Below, one piece after another: positions 43,204 to 56,138 of a stretch of 64,000 nucleotides of DNA. The notes below the pieces were generated by a model that had not been told where the DNA came from, searched no databases, and saw only the letters and a program-made list of their open reading frames with translations. The number at the start of each line of letters is the position of its first letter. Within the stretch, counting starts at the first letter, position 1. The position numbers and the translations under genes were made by a program. The DNA comes from an uncultured Planctomycetaceae bacterium (GTDB lineage Bacteria; Planctomycetota; Planctomycetia; Isosphaerales; Isosphaeraceae): contig CAWIAD010000002.1 of the NCBI GenBank assembly GCA_963833985.1, positions 1,568,001 to 1,632,000 of the forward strand, given 5' to 3'.

Positions 43204-45904
43204 TCACGTGTCGAGAGCCTTATGGATGTCCAGCCGGACAAAGTCGAGGAGCTGCTTGTCGCTCATCTCGGTGAGCAAGGTTTCCGCGCCGTCGATCACT
43301 TCACCGGAGAGGTTTGACTTCTCTCCAATCATCTGATCGATGCGCTCCTCGACGGTACCCCGGCAAATAAATTTATGTACCATGACGTTGCGTCTCTGTC
43401 CAATACGGAACGCTCGATCAGTCGCCTGATTCTCGACGGCCGGGTTCCACCAGCGGTCAAAGTGGAGTACGTGGGAGGCGGCCGTAAGGTTCAACCCTGT
43501 GCCTCCCGCCTTGAGCGAGAGGACGAAGAACGGCGGCCCGTCCTCGCTCTGGAAGCTCTCGACAAGCTTGCGCCGCTGGGCAACCGCAGTGCCTCCATGG
43601 AGCACCAGGCCCGCGCGGCCGAAGACGCCCTCCAGCAGTTGCGCAATCGGCCCGGTCATCTCGCGAAACTGCGTGAAGACCAGGACTTTCTCCTGGCGTT
43701 CGGCAATCTCCTCGCAGAGCCCCGCCAGGCGCTGGAACTTGCCGCTCCACTCGGTCCTGTAGTCGCCGGTGCCGGCAAGCTGTGCGGGGTGATTGCAGAT
43801 CTGCTTGAGCCTCATGAGCTGGGCCAGGATCAGGCCCCGGCGCTGGATGCCCTCGGCTGCCTCGAGCTTCTCTTCCAGATCGCGCACGGCTTGCTGGTAA
43901 AGCGCAGCCTGTTCCCGGCTCAGGTTGCAGAAAGCGGACATCTCAATCTTCTCCGGCAGGTCGGCGATCACCCGCCTGTCGGTCTTGAGCCGGCGCAGGA
44001 TGTACGGCCCGACGAGGGTGCGCAGGGGCTGGTACGACGATCTGGACTCCATCTGCTTGACGAAGCTGGCGAAGGCCTTGGAACCGCCGAGCAACCCCGG
44101 ATTGAGGAAATCGAAGAGCGACCAGAGATCCGACAGGCGATTCTCCACGGGCGTACCGGTCATGGCCACCCGTGCGCTCGCCTTCAGCTCCTTGACCGCG
44201 CGTGATTGCCGGGTGCCGGAGTTCTTGATTGCCTGGGCCTCATCAAGGATCACCAGGTCCCAGCCTTGCTTTCGCAGCCACTCGGTGCGCGACAGCATGC
44301 CGTAAGTCGTGATGAGCAGATCCGCGCTCCGTGCGTCCTGCTCCTCGACCGGCCGACCGCCGGCAGTTGCCGAGGGATGGACGATCAGGAACGACAGGGA
44401 AGGAGCGAAACGCTCGAGCTCAGCCTTCCAGTTGGCAACCAGTGAGGCCGGAACGACCAGCAGACTCGGCCTGGAGTCGGCCGATCCGTTCGCTTCTCGC
44501 TGTGCGTTGCGGTGCAGCAAGAGGCCGATCACCTGTACTGTCTTGCCCAGTCCCATGTCGTCGGCGAGGCAGGCTCCCAGGCCCAGACCGGTGACGAGCT
44601 TCAGCCAGCCCACTCCGGTTTGCTGATAAGGGCGCAACTGTGCGTGCAGACCGGGAGGGCTGGAACCACCGAGGGACCCGGGCGATCGGAGCTTCTTCGA
44701 GCGTTTCCGCGAGCGCAGGGCCGGCGCTCAGGCCGACCCAATGCTTCTCCTCGCTGGCGGCCTCGGCGCCCTCGCGCGGCGCCACGGCACCGGCGAGCAG
44801 CCGCATTCCCTCGTAGAACGAGAGTCCGTTCTTGCGCGCGTTGCGCTCGACATGCTTCCAGTGCTGGAGTGCTTGCTGGAGCTTCTCCTGGTCCACTTCG
44901 ACCCACTTCCCGCGGATGGCCACCAGGCCACCGGTCGATGTCAGCAAATCTTGCAGCTCGGCCTCCGTGAGCGGTTCACCTTCGAGGGTCACGTTCAAGG
45001 AGAAATCGAGCAGGGCGTCGACGCCAAGCCTGCTCTTCTTGCGGCCATCAATCTGGACGTTCACGACCGGCCGGGGCGGGCGGTTCGCCTGCCACCAGTT
45101 CGGTACACGCACGATCAGGCCGCTCTCCTCGAAGACCGGAATGTCTTGCAGGAAGCGGTACGCCTCGCGCGGCGTCCAGGCCAGCGGGTGATAGATCTCG
45201 CGGGTCTCGAACAACTCCCTGACCAGCGTGCTTTGCTCGCTGGCGCGCTGGATGGGCAGAAGCAGAGAGAGCAGCGCGGGCCGGTTCTTCTCGCCGGCGT
45301 ACTGCTCCAGTGCCTTCGCCAGCGGCTGATGCTGCACGCCTCCCCGGGCGGAAAGCCTGGGAATGTAGGTCGCCAGGAACGCAAAGGGATGCTCCGGATC
45401 GCGCTTGTTTTCCGCCAGGTGGAAGGTGACCCGTCCGACCAGCCGCCATTGCGGGTTCCGCTCGCTGAGGTACGCCTGGATCCCACCCGGATGATTCCTG
45501 GCCTCGCAGCGGACCAGCGCATCAAGCTCCGTCCACCACGCGGCAAGAACCTCGGCGTTCAGGTACTCGGCCCCGGGCATGGGAGGCGCCTGGAGCACCT
45601 GGAACGCGAGCTCCGTTTCCGCGGGAGCCGCCACCGCGGCAGGAACTCCTGCCTCGCCGTCGGCCGGCGTTTGACAGAGCCTCGTCAGGTAAAGGCGCGC
45701 GAAGTCGCGTGCGTAGCCGAACGCAGGTGGAAGGGCTGACTGGAGCTCGGTCGTGGCCAGGTGCAAGAGACCGTGATCACATCCTTTCGTGAAAGCGGCA
45801 TGCACGCGCTTGCCCGGAGCGCCGTCAAGCGCAGTAGTGCCGGCTTTCTGCACCTCGCGGACATGGAGATGGCCCTGGGGGGATAGCGTCAGCTCGAAAG
45901 GCAT
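43204..45904 (-). CDS. SNF2-family helicase/ATPase (frameshift near 44690)
   Basis: LRPYQ, LADDMGLGKT, DEAQ, TGTPVEN, LRRLK, SLKAGGTGLNLT, WWNPAVENQATDRAFRIGQ. Confidence 0.93.
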
Positions 45905-45948
45905 GGACGGCTCCGTCAAACCTCGTTCCCGATCAATCGCTACTTCTT

Positions 45949-46926
45949 CTACGAATCATGGTTCAGCACAGATCCATGATTGAAGGCCGTGGTCCAGAGC
46001 AGCGACGTGGCAGGCAAGCCAGAACGATCGACGAGGAGCTGGGCCACCGCATCAAGATCGCGTGGAGGAAGCGCGCTGAAGGCGTAGAGCGTTGGCCCCC
46101 ACGAGCTCTGCCCTGCGCCGGTGAGGCCAAGCTGGTTCAGTAGGGCGATGATCGTCTCGGCTTGCGGGCTGGCGTAGAGCCCCCCCTGGACGGGTGCGAA
46201 GGCGGCGCCGGTGTGGGCTTGAAGCTCGGCCACCGCCGCGCCGAAGTCCTCGAGGTTGTGCTCGGCCACGGCGGGAAGGATGCCCAGCAGCACCAGCCGG
46301 CAGAGCCGTTCGCTGACCCGTTCGGTCAGGGGAGCGAGGGCCTGGAACGCCTGGACCTCGTCCGGACCGTGCCTCCCCTGCGGGCCCGGCGGCTGCACGA
46401 TGAGGATCGACCAGTCGTCCGGGAATGGCATGCGGGCAATCAATGGCGGTGGATGCGCGTCGTCGCGCCGGCCGCCATCGACAATCAGTCCTCCCTGGGC
46501 GAACCCGTGCAGGCCGATCCCCGATCGGCGGCCCCGGCCGGTGAGCACCGCGAGTTCCTGGACCGTTGGCTCGAGGTGGCCGGAGAGGTGCAGCACCAGC
46601 CGCGCCACGGCGAGAGCAAGCTGAGTTCCGACTCCCAGGCCCACGTGGTGAGAGGGCGCGGTGATGACCTCGATGCGGGCCGGCACCATGTCGCCGCCTG
46701 CGGCCTTGGATTCGTGCCACTGCCGCCGGATCTGGGCAATCACGGCTTCCACGCGATCCGCGAGCGGACCAGTCACACTCCAGCGCGCCGCGGGAGCGGC
46801 GGTCAGCTCGATGCCGGGGTCTGCCACCATGAGCCCGACCCCGCCGAATTGCCGGGGGACGTGCGGTCCCCAGCCAAGTAGACCGAAATGGAGCCGGCTC
46901 GCCGTTCCGATTCGAAGGTGCGTCAT
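45949..46926 (-). CDS. mptG: beta-RFAP synthase (GHMP-kinase fold), methanopterin biosynthesis
   Basis: SRLHFG, HVGLGVGTQLALA, GRGRRSGIG..GF..GGLIVDGG, GQSSWGPT. Confidence 0.88.
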   Translation of the reverse strand: MTHLRIGTASRLHFGLLGWGPHVPRQFGGVGLMVADPGIELTAAPAARWSVTGPLADRVEAVIAQIRRQWHESKAAGGDMVPARIEVITAPSHHVGLGVGTQLALAVARLVLHLSGHLEPTVQELAVLTGRGRRSGIGLHGFAQGGLIVDGGRRDDAHPPPLIARMPFPDDWSILIVQPPGPQGRHGPDEVQAFQALAPLTERVSERLCRLVLLGILPAVAEHNLEDFGAAVAELQAHTGAAFAPVQGGLYASPQAETIIALLNQLGLTGAGQSSWGPTLYAFSALPPRDLDAVAQLLVDRSGLPATSLLWTTAFNHGSVLNHDS

Positions 46927-47528
46927 GAGCGTGTCGCGACGGGATCGGCGGGTGCGATCTCGGGCGCCTTGAGAACGTGGTCCCGCAGGATCCGCAGGGC
47001 TTCCTCTTCGATGGGACCTCCGGTTTTGACAACGATCACGGCCAGCCGGTCGAGTTCTGAGAGGATCCCTGCGCGGGGCAAGAACGCGGTACGCGTGGCC
47101 AGGATCGCGGCCTCCACCACGGCGTGGCGGGCGCGGTTGAAGCCGACGAAATCGCGGAGCCGGCCCTCGGCCAGCGTCTGCACGCGGAACCGGGCACGGT
47201 CCGCTTCGTCGTCCACGTCCGTCACGCGGAATTCATAGTAGCGGCAGGCGCTGGCCAGGATTGAGCCGGCCACCTGCCGGGCGGGACGAAGCACGGGAAC
47301 GGGTACCAAGGGTGCGCCAATGGCCGACTGTGCCAGCAGCAGGACATCATCGATCACATGGAAGACGCCCTCGCCCCGCGACTTCAGGTTCTGATACGTG
47401 ATGGACGAACGAAAGGGGCGAATCTCGAACACGCTCATGCTGGAGTCCGGGCCGATCTCCGGCCCCATGGGGGCGATGTTCAGCCGGTCCTCGGAGCTGA
47501 GGGTGGTGACGATGCCTTCAATGATCAC
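46923..47528 (-). CDS. DUF447 family protein (H4MPT gene cluster)
   Basis: IIEGIVTT, NIAPMG, RPF.SS.TYQNL, GFNRARHAVVEAAILATR; GTGA overlap with the upstream gene. Confidence 0.85.
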   Translation of the reverse strand: MIIEGIVTTLSSEDRLNIAPMGPEIGPDSSMSVFEIRPFRSSITYQNLKSRGEGVFHVIDDVLLLAQSAIGAPLVPVPVLRPARQVAGSILASACRYYEFRVTDVDDEADRARFRVQTLAEGRLRDFVGFNRARHAVVEAAILATRTAFLPRAGILSELDRLAVIVVKTGGPIEEEALRILRDHVLKAPEIAPADPVATRS

Positions 47529-48953
47529 GCGCGCGTCTCGTGGTCCTGGTTGCGGCTCATCGCGTGCCGGCGCGCCAGGTGGCTCTGTTCCGGCTCGGTC
47601 AGGAAACCCCACTGGAGCGCTTGATCCTGGCGATACGCTTTGCCGAGAGTCAAGGCGGTTTTCGCCTTCATGAGCTCGTGGCCAAGGTAGAAGGCGTGCG
47701 CGGGATCGGTGATTTGCATGAGATCAAAGAGCTCAAAGGGATCGGGGCTGCTCAGGAACGACGAGTTGTTCAGCGCGTAGATCCTCCCGTTCTCGGCGTA
47801 GATCCGCCAGTTCGGGTCGCGAATCCGCCGTTGCAGCTCTTCCAGGTTTTCAAGTCCGAACGACGCACTCCGCGGATCTCGAAGCATGACCAGCCCCGGC
47901 TCCAGGTGCTTGGGGAGTGTCCGGTGCGTGACGGCGTGGTACATGAGCCGGCGCGCCAGGTCGATCTCGCGAACCGACGATGCGGCCCAGGGGATGACCG
48001 CGGTGGTGAGCACGCTGCGGATGGAGAGTTCCTGGCAGAAGCCGATGAGCACGGTATTCACTCCGGCCGAATCGACGTCGGTCAATTCCGTGAGGTTGCC
48101 GGTGCCCATCATGAGCGCCGCGTCAGGGTAACGTCTGCGAACTTCCAGGTACCGGCCCAGCGATGCAGCGAACCCAAACCCGATCGGTTCGAGGATCGGA
48201 TCGATACGGAAGGGAATGCGCTTCCTGTCCAGAAACTCCACCGTCTCGTCCAGCCCGTCGAGCGTGCCGGGCCGATCGGGAATGGCCACCACCTCGACGC
48301 CCCATTCTGCCGCGTGCTGCCGATTCGAGGCGTTCACGCTGAGCACGAGCCGTGCGCCCGCGACGGCGGCCAGGGCGACCTCTGCCGGGTTGAAGCTGTC
48401 GATCGAGACACGGATGTTCCGATCAGCGAGCGCCTGCACCGCGTCGCCGACGCCGTGCCAGGTTTCGCCCGGAAGGCAGCCGAGGTCGATGAGATCAGCC
48501 CCGTCGCGGACAAACTGCTCGGCCTCGGCGAGGAGTTGTTCGCGGGAGAGCCGCGGGGCATGGTTGATCTCGGCCAGGATCTCGATGTCGTGGGCACCGT
48601 AGTCCAGGACCTGCGCTGGCCCGAGTCCGAAGTGGCGGGGAAGATCCCGCAGGTCCTCGGGCCCGAGCTCGACCGCTGCGCCGGCCGCTTTCTCAAGGAC
48701 AGGTGCCAGCTCGCCCCGGCAATGGCCCGGCAGGATGACCCGATCGACGTCCGGCGGAATCTCGATACGTCGCGCCACCCAGGCCGGCGTCATCGAGCGC
48801 GGCCACCGAGATCGGCAGGACGGCGATTTGCGGTTGGAACCCGGCGCGCGGAGCGAGATCATCGAGCACCTGCCGGAGCGCGAACTCGGCCAGGCGCCCG
48901 GTGACGAAGAGAATGCGTGGAAACGCGTTCGATCCGGTTTCACCTGCGCTCAA
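47525..48953 (-). CDS. Dihydropteroate-synthase-related protein (Orf20/DUF6513 type; frameshift near 48795; start approximate)
   Basis: ILFVTGRLAE..L, ILAEI, GADLIDLGC, SIDSF, DPILEPIGFG, GNLTELTDVDS, HAFYLG.EL.KA..A..LGK.Y.QD. Confidence 0.85.
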
Positions 48954-49356
48954 CGACGCAACCTGAAGCAGAGGCCCTCGGACTCGGTCACTCCGTCCAG
49001 TGTAGCAGCTTCCCAAATCCAGCCGCAAACCCGGGTGCGCGGCCGCGGTTTCGGCGATGCGATCGACTAACGACAGGAATGCGGACTGAATTCGAGTGCC
49101 GTCTCACTCACGACACCTTATGCAACCCATGGGACATGACCGAGCTTGGACCGTCGGGAATGCGAGGTGTTCGCTTTGGCCCCCGCGCCGGGCGGACCGG
49201 GCTCGAGCACCTGGCCGGGGCGCGCTTCGGCGGCAGGATTCACGGCGGCTTTCGAGGCGCGGTATTGACTGCGAGGTGGAAACCATCGCGACGCGCACTC
49301 GAGAGCCGGACGGATGGGGCGCTACTCGATCGGCTGCAACGGGACGCGGCAGCCGC

Positions 49357-50872
49357 TCAGTCGCTGCCCACCGGGTTGGGCGCGGTGTAGCCGTCGGAGA
49401 GCGTCGACAGGAAGTTGACGAGGTCCTGCTCCTCCGAATCGGTCAGGCCGAGGTTGCCGATCTGGGCGATACCGGGCGTGTTCGAGCGTGACCCCTGCAC
49501 ATTGTTGACGTTGTCAATGACCTCCGGCGGCGCGAAGAGCGGCGTGTAGCCGGCCGGCGGCCCCGCGACGAGGTTGAAGACCACCGTGGCGCCCTTGGGG
49601 TTCATCGCCCAGTTTCGTTTGTTGTAGAAATGAACGACCTCGCTCAGGCTCTTGAAGACGCCGTTGTGCATGTAGGCCTTCACAAAGCCAGGGTTCGGCC
49701 GTTTGTCGACGTTGCGAGTCGTCGGTGCCTGGAAGAGCCCGCGGTACTGGGGGATATCACCCGGCGTGCTGTTGTAAAACTTCGTGCCGTCGGGGGCGGG
49801 GTTCGGGTTCGCACCCAGACCATAGTCAACGAAGGCCGTACCCATGGGGTTGCAGCCATGCGGGTTGCTCGTGCAATCCGTCTCCTGATAGAACGGGTTG
49901 CCGTAGTTCTTGGGGACGCCGATGTTGGCGAAGCAGTACATCGTGAAGGTGTCCTTGCCGTTGGTCATCGCGGACACGGGCGGGAACATTGAAGACGAAT
50001 GGCACTCCGAGCAGTGGGCATTGACGGCCGTCCCATCCGGCCTCATGTAGTTGCCGAAATAGAGCCTCCATTCCCCTGAGTTCGGACGCCGTGAGGATGT
50101 ACTTGGTCTGCGGTGGAACGCCGAACATCGACGCGTCGAACTTCGAGCTGAAGGGACAAACCTCGCCCGAGGACTCGAAGGCCGCCTCGGCCTGCGTGAT
50201 GATCTCGTACAGCTGGGGGACAGTGTACTTCGTGAACACGTCCTTGCCGAAGATTTTCTTCATGAGCCGGGCGTAGGGCCGTTTCTCAACCTTATGAACG
50301 ACGAGTGCGGAGTAGCCGCCCAGTGGTGGCGGATACACACCGTTTGTAGGGGTGTTGTCCATCTCGTCGGGGTTGATGAACGGCTGCATGGCCTGGGTGG
50401 AGAGGTCGGGGACCCGGCCGTCCCAGAAGTCTCCCCCCACATAGGCCGCGGCGAACTCCGCGTCATAGTACGGTCCGACCGGGCTGAAGGCCGCGTAGGC
50501 GTAGCTCTGGGGCCTGCGATTTCCGCTCCGCCCGGGGACGACTCCCGGTTGCGGACCGGCGCCAAGGTTAACGACCGAGACCGACCCGCTGGTGAAGCCG
50601 GTCTCCTGAACGTGGCACGTCGCGCAGGCGTATCCTGGAGGATCCGACAGAGTGTCGTCGTAGAGGATGTCCTTGCCTAGTTGCTCCACGTCGCTCAACT
50701 TGATGATGTTGCGCGGCGTCTTCGGTGGTGGTAGGGGTGGGTAAAACACGAACGGCGTGACCTGCTGGGCGCGTGCCGGGATCGCCCTTGGAAACGACAG
50801 CAGAACCAGCGCGGCGAGTGCCGCAAGCCCCATTGCGGCCATCGCTCCGGCAACCAGATGCTTCCTGGTCAT
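49357..50872 (-). CDS. Secreted diheme cytochrome c peroxidase (bCCP/MauG superfamily; frameshift near 50065)
   Basis: CATCH, FWDGR, QAMQPF.NP.EM, CSECH, F.APT.RNV, YMHNGVF. Confidence 0.9.
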
Positions 50873-51534
50873 AGCTCGGGTCTCCCTGGTCAGTGACGCG
50901 TCACGCGCGAGAAAGCTGCGACGGGGTGGCCGACACCACGTTTTCAGTGGAGACGGCTGGTCGGCCATCGGCGTCGCTCTTGCTGTGCGCGACCTGTTCA
51001 ATCAACACTCATGGAGCCCATTCCCTTGAGCGCTCACGAATCGATCAGTCTGTGTCTTCCGCCTGGTTGTTCCCCATCGGCTCGACGCGGTGCGCAGGCT
51101 GGATGGTGCGCAGTGGAACCGGTCAGGTTCCGCGCGAGTCCCTCCGGCCCGTGCCCGCGTGCCTGTTGAAGCTCTTGGCTGAGTGGCCCTGGTCGAAGGC
51201 CTGGAGTTATTGCCCCGCGCCCTGAAACGCGGGCAGACAGGTCCCTACCCTGCAACGTCTCATCCCTGGACGTGAGCGCCACCATGGTGAGCAGGCGAGA
51301 ACAGTATGTGCACAGAGCGCTGGTTGTGCGCTCGTGCTACTGGTGGTGGTTGCTTCGCCACATCCGATCCGCGGCGTGAACCTCAAGGCAAGGCAGGCGC
51401 GCAGATCGAGCCGCGTCGGACATCACTGCCATGGTCGCACGATCGTCGGAGTAGTCAAACAGGCATTGAGCCGGAATCCCAGGCCAGTTAGAGAGGAGGG
51501 AAACATTCATCCCCGCTGGTCGATTCGTCTGGCG

Positions 51535-51563
51535 ATTATTGGCGTCTCTGATGGGCCAGTCAA
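51535..51563 (-). promoter_or_regulatory. sigma70-type promoter upstream of the peroxidase gene
   Basis: TTGACT-17 nt-AATAAT on the minus strand with an A/T tract upstream. Confidence 0.5.
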
Positions 51564-51846
51564 TGTCAAATCCATGTTCTTAATTATTTTTTAATGATGG
51601 AACCTTGAGGACAGCATCCCGTTGTTCACCCGGCACCGAGTGGTGAATTCCTTGTGAAACATGTCGCGGCACATCGCGCAACGGCACGGAGTTTTCATAT
51701 GGTGCCTAAATTTGCGTGTGAGTGCGGATGCACGGCATGGTGACTAATATGACGCGATTGACGGGATGCATGCCGCTGAGACAGTTGCAAGAATGATCGT
51801 CGCGAACGACCGACCCGCCGATCGAGGAACCGGAACGGGGACGCAG

Positions 51847-51984
51847 CCAGGGCGGTTGTCTGACGGGTTGCAGGCAGTTTCTGAGTTTTGGAAAGGAGGC
51901 AGACATTCCTGTTTGCCGGGGCAGGCTTGCTCGGGCAGGCAGGAATGCCTGCCCCCCGAGCTCAGTCTGCGATCCGGTGAACCG
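51847..51984 (+). mobile_element. MITE/REPIN-like element, copy 2
   Basis: Colinear with copy 1, degenerate ends (GGCGGTTGTC...GTGAACCG). Confidence 0.8.
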
Positions 51985-52090
51985 AAACGGGGACGGGAAC
52001 CGAAACGGAACCGAAAAGGGGACGCAGCTCGTATGGGAACCGAAACGGAACCGAAACGGGGACGGAACCGAAACGGGTCGCAGCTAGTAT
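51978..52090 (+). repeat. Irregular tandem array of GAACCGAAAC(GG) / GACGCAGCT(A/C)GTAT units
   Basis: Six AACCGAAA cores, plus a variant copy at ~51827-51847 on the far side of the MITE. Confidence 0.85.
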
Positions 52091-52125
52091 GACAAGGTGT
52101 GAGCGAACGGCTATGCATCAAGGCC

Positions 52126-52270
52126 ATACCAGGGACAGCCCGCAAGGCACCTGGTCTGGTCTACCACGTCCTGAACCGCGCGGAAGGCAGGAAGCACCTG
52201 CTTCGCGGGGATGATGACTTCCAGGCGTTTCAGCGAGTCCTGGTGAAGGCCCACTCTCGGCATCCTTTGA
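52126..52270 (+). pseudogene. 5' fragment of a RAYT (IS200-like Y1 HUH transposase)
   Basis: (I)PGTARKAPGLVYHVLNRAEGRKHLLRGDDDFQAFQRVL..AHSRHPL; start codon decayed to ATA; ends before the M.NH.H (HUH) motif. Confidence 0.8.
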
Positions 52271-52480
52271 TGTTGTTCTGGCTGGCACCGTCCTGGATGC
52301 GAATGCCGCGCTGCACATTGCCCAGCCCAGGGCCGTGCCGCCGGCTGATGTCAGGCCCACGAGATTGTCGGCCACGACGTTCTGCGTGTCGCCCCGCTGA
52401 TGCGGCCTCCATGTCCCGCATCGCCCGGGATCACATTGGCTGCGCCGGCCGTCGTGCCGCTCACGGTTTCGCCGGTGGAA
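52265..52480 (-). pseudogene. Fragment of a parallel beta-helix surface protein
   Basis: Across frames: TVSGTTAGAANVI.G.AGHG.RISG / NVVADNLVGLTSAGGTALG / NVQRGIRIQDGASQNNI. Confidence 0.6.
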
Positions 52481-52818
52481 ATGATGGCGAACGATCTCGG
52501 CTCGCGGGGGCGGACGATCCCCCACCCATGCGGCGCGGCTCGGATTCTGGGCGACGCCGCGGGTGCCGGCGGGGGCGCGGCTGACGATTTTGCAGAAGCG
52601 GTCCGCGCTTGACGGGTCCGATGTTCGCTCTTCCACGCGCGGTGCAGTCCGGTGATGTGCCCTGTTCAGGCCGGCTTGCAATCATGCGGGGGCAGCGCGC
52701 GGCCAGAAAAGGGAGTGGACCCTACTTTTCCGTTCACCGGACTGCAACAATCCAGCACGGGCCAGTCATATGAAGCGCAGACCTGCCCGGGTCCCGGGCC
52801 CTGGAAAGGAGAGTCATC

Positions 52819-53754
52819 ATGCACACGAGACGAGACTTCGGGAAGATTGTGCTGGCCGGACTGCCACTCTCGCTGGCGTGCAAGCCGGTTCGCGCCGGTA
52901 CCGAGGGCGTACGGATCGGCGTCCAGTCGTACAGCTTTCGCACCTTGCCACTCGACGCGGCCATCAAGGCGATGTCCGAGATCGGCATCGGCGAATGCGA
53001 GCTGTTCGCCGGCCACGTCGAGCCCAGGCCCACGTCCGGTGGCGGCGGAGCCCGGCGGAAAGACGCCGGTGGATCCGCGGCGAAGACCGAGTCCGCGAAA
53101 GGTGGAACGTCCCGCAGGTCGGGCCAGGAGGAGCTGCGGCACTGGCGGCTCACGGTGCCGATGGACCACTTCACGGCCATCCGCCGCAAGTTTGATGACG
53201 CCGGCATCCGCCTGCACGCCTACAACCTCAGTTTCAACGACAGCTTCAGCGACGAGGAGATCGATCGCGGCTTCGAGATGGCCAGGGCCCTGGGCGTGGG
53301 CATCATCACCGCGTCTTCAACCCTCAGCGCGGCGAAGCGCGTGGCCCCGTTCGCCGACAAGCACAGGATGATCGTCGCCATGCACGGCCACGACGATACG
53401 CGCGACCCGAACCAGTTCGCCAAACCCGAGAGCTTCGCGCAGGCCATGGCGCTGTCGAAGAACTTCTGGGTCAACCTCGACATCGGCCACTTCTTCGCCG
53501 CGGGGTATGACCCCGTGGCCTACATCGAGGAACACCACGACCGCATCAGCAACCTGCACCTCAAGGACCGCAAGAAAGACCACGGGCCGAACACTCCCTG
53601 GGGGCAGGGGGATACACCGATCAAGGAGGTGCTCCAGCTCCTCAAGAGCAAGAAGTACGATATTCCCGCGGATATCGAGTACGAGTACCGGGGAGCCGAC
53701 CCCGTGGCCGAGGTGCGCAAGTGCTTCCAGTATTGCAAGGACGCGCTCGCGTAG
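52819..53754 (+). CDS. Sugar-phosphate isomerase/epimerase (TIM barrel), Tat-exported
   Basis: [38 protein letters not shown]. Confidence 0.9.
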   Translation: MHTRRDFGKIVLAGLPLSLACKPVRAGTEGVRIGVQSYSFRTLPLDAAIKAMSEIGIGECELFAGHVEPRPTSGGGGARRKDAGGSAAKTESAKGGTSRRSGQEELRHWRLTVPMDHFTAIRRKFDDAGIRLHAYNLSFNDSFSDEEIDRGFEMARALGVGIITASSTLSAAKRVAPFADKHRMIVAMHGHDDTRDPNQFAKPESFAQAMALSKNFWVNLDIGHFFAAGYDPVAYIEEHHDRISNLHLKDRKKDHGPNTPWGQGDTPIKEVLQLLKSKKYDIPADIEYEYRGADPVAEVRKCFQYCKDALA

Positions 53755-53859
53755 CCGAAACCATGACAACACGCCGGTCCGATCCGCGCGGGCCGGCCGC
53801 CCCTGTTTCGAACGGATCGCACTGTGGAGAAACTAACGACTACGGGGAGGGGGGATGGT

Positions 53860-55392
<1,533 letters not shown>

Positions 55393-55445
55393 GCCGGCAC
55401 CACGACGGGCTGCGCGTGCCAGGTCGCCGCAGCCCGTATCGCTCT

Positions 55446-56138
55446 CTACACGGTCTTCCTGGCCGCCGCCAGGCGCGCAACGAACGCGGCGTGTTCCGGG
55501 GTGGCACAGCCGAGGTCAATCGCGGCGCGCAGCCGTTGCCGATCCCCGGTAAGAAGTGCTTGCGGGTCAAGCCACAGCCCGGGAAAGGCCGTCGAGCGAT
55601 AGAGCCCGTCAGCATCCGTCGGATGTGGTTTCAGCGCACCTTGTTCCTGTGCAAACCAGGCAATTTCGTCTGGATCCATGGCATGCACCACGTACTCGAA
55701 GACCCCGGCTTGCTGATATTCGTTCCGCTTCGGACCAAGGTCCAGATACCGCGTGGCCCTGGCAACCTCGACAATCAATTCCGGCGCGCCATGCACGTAC
55801 CCGCCCTCGTTCCAGGTCCGGCCTCCGCATTCCGGAATGATGCGGAGTAACACATCCGGTTGGGGCTCGCTCTTCCAGCCGAGGATCGTCGTGGTGTTGT
55901 CCATGACCTGAACCCCGGGAGTTCTTTCGGCATAGTAGTCGAGCCAAACGATCGACGAAACAACGGCCATGCCATGATCCATCCCCACAGGACTGGGCAC
56001 GTAAACGACTCCATCAATAAGCTCCGCCCGAGTACCAGGCGGCATCGCCTCGTAAAGCGCGTGAAAGCTCGGCTGGTCGAGCCGCTGCCCCTCGACCAGC
56101 GTTCGGGACGATTCAAGCGGCCTGGCGCCGGTGGACAT
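55446..56138 (-). CDS. Uma2/DUF820 family endonuclease-like protein
   Basis: AELIDGVVYVPSP, EPQPD, GAPELIVEVA, K...Y...GV.EY, FPGLWLD. Confidence 0.92.
   Translation of the reverse strand: MSTGARPLESSRTLVEGQRLDQPSFHALYEAMPPGTRAELIDGVVYVPSPVGMDHGMAVVSSIVWLDYYAERTPGVQVMDNTTTILGWKSEPQPDVLLRIIPECGGRTWNEGGYVHGAPELIVEVARATRYLDLGPKRNEYQQAGVFEYVVHAMDPDEIAWFAQEQGALKPHPTDADGLYRSTAFPGLWLDPQALLTGDRQRLRAAIDLGCATPEHAAFVARLAAARKTV

Noticed and set aside
42242..45904. SNF2 as part of a known defence system (e.g. DISARM, Zorya)
   Set aside because: No methylase, DrmA/B, ZorAB or nuclease partners adjacent; only SWIM
51978..52090. Possible CRISPR array
   Set aside because: Units are 11-30 nt, irregular and contiguous, with no unique spacers and no cas genes
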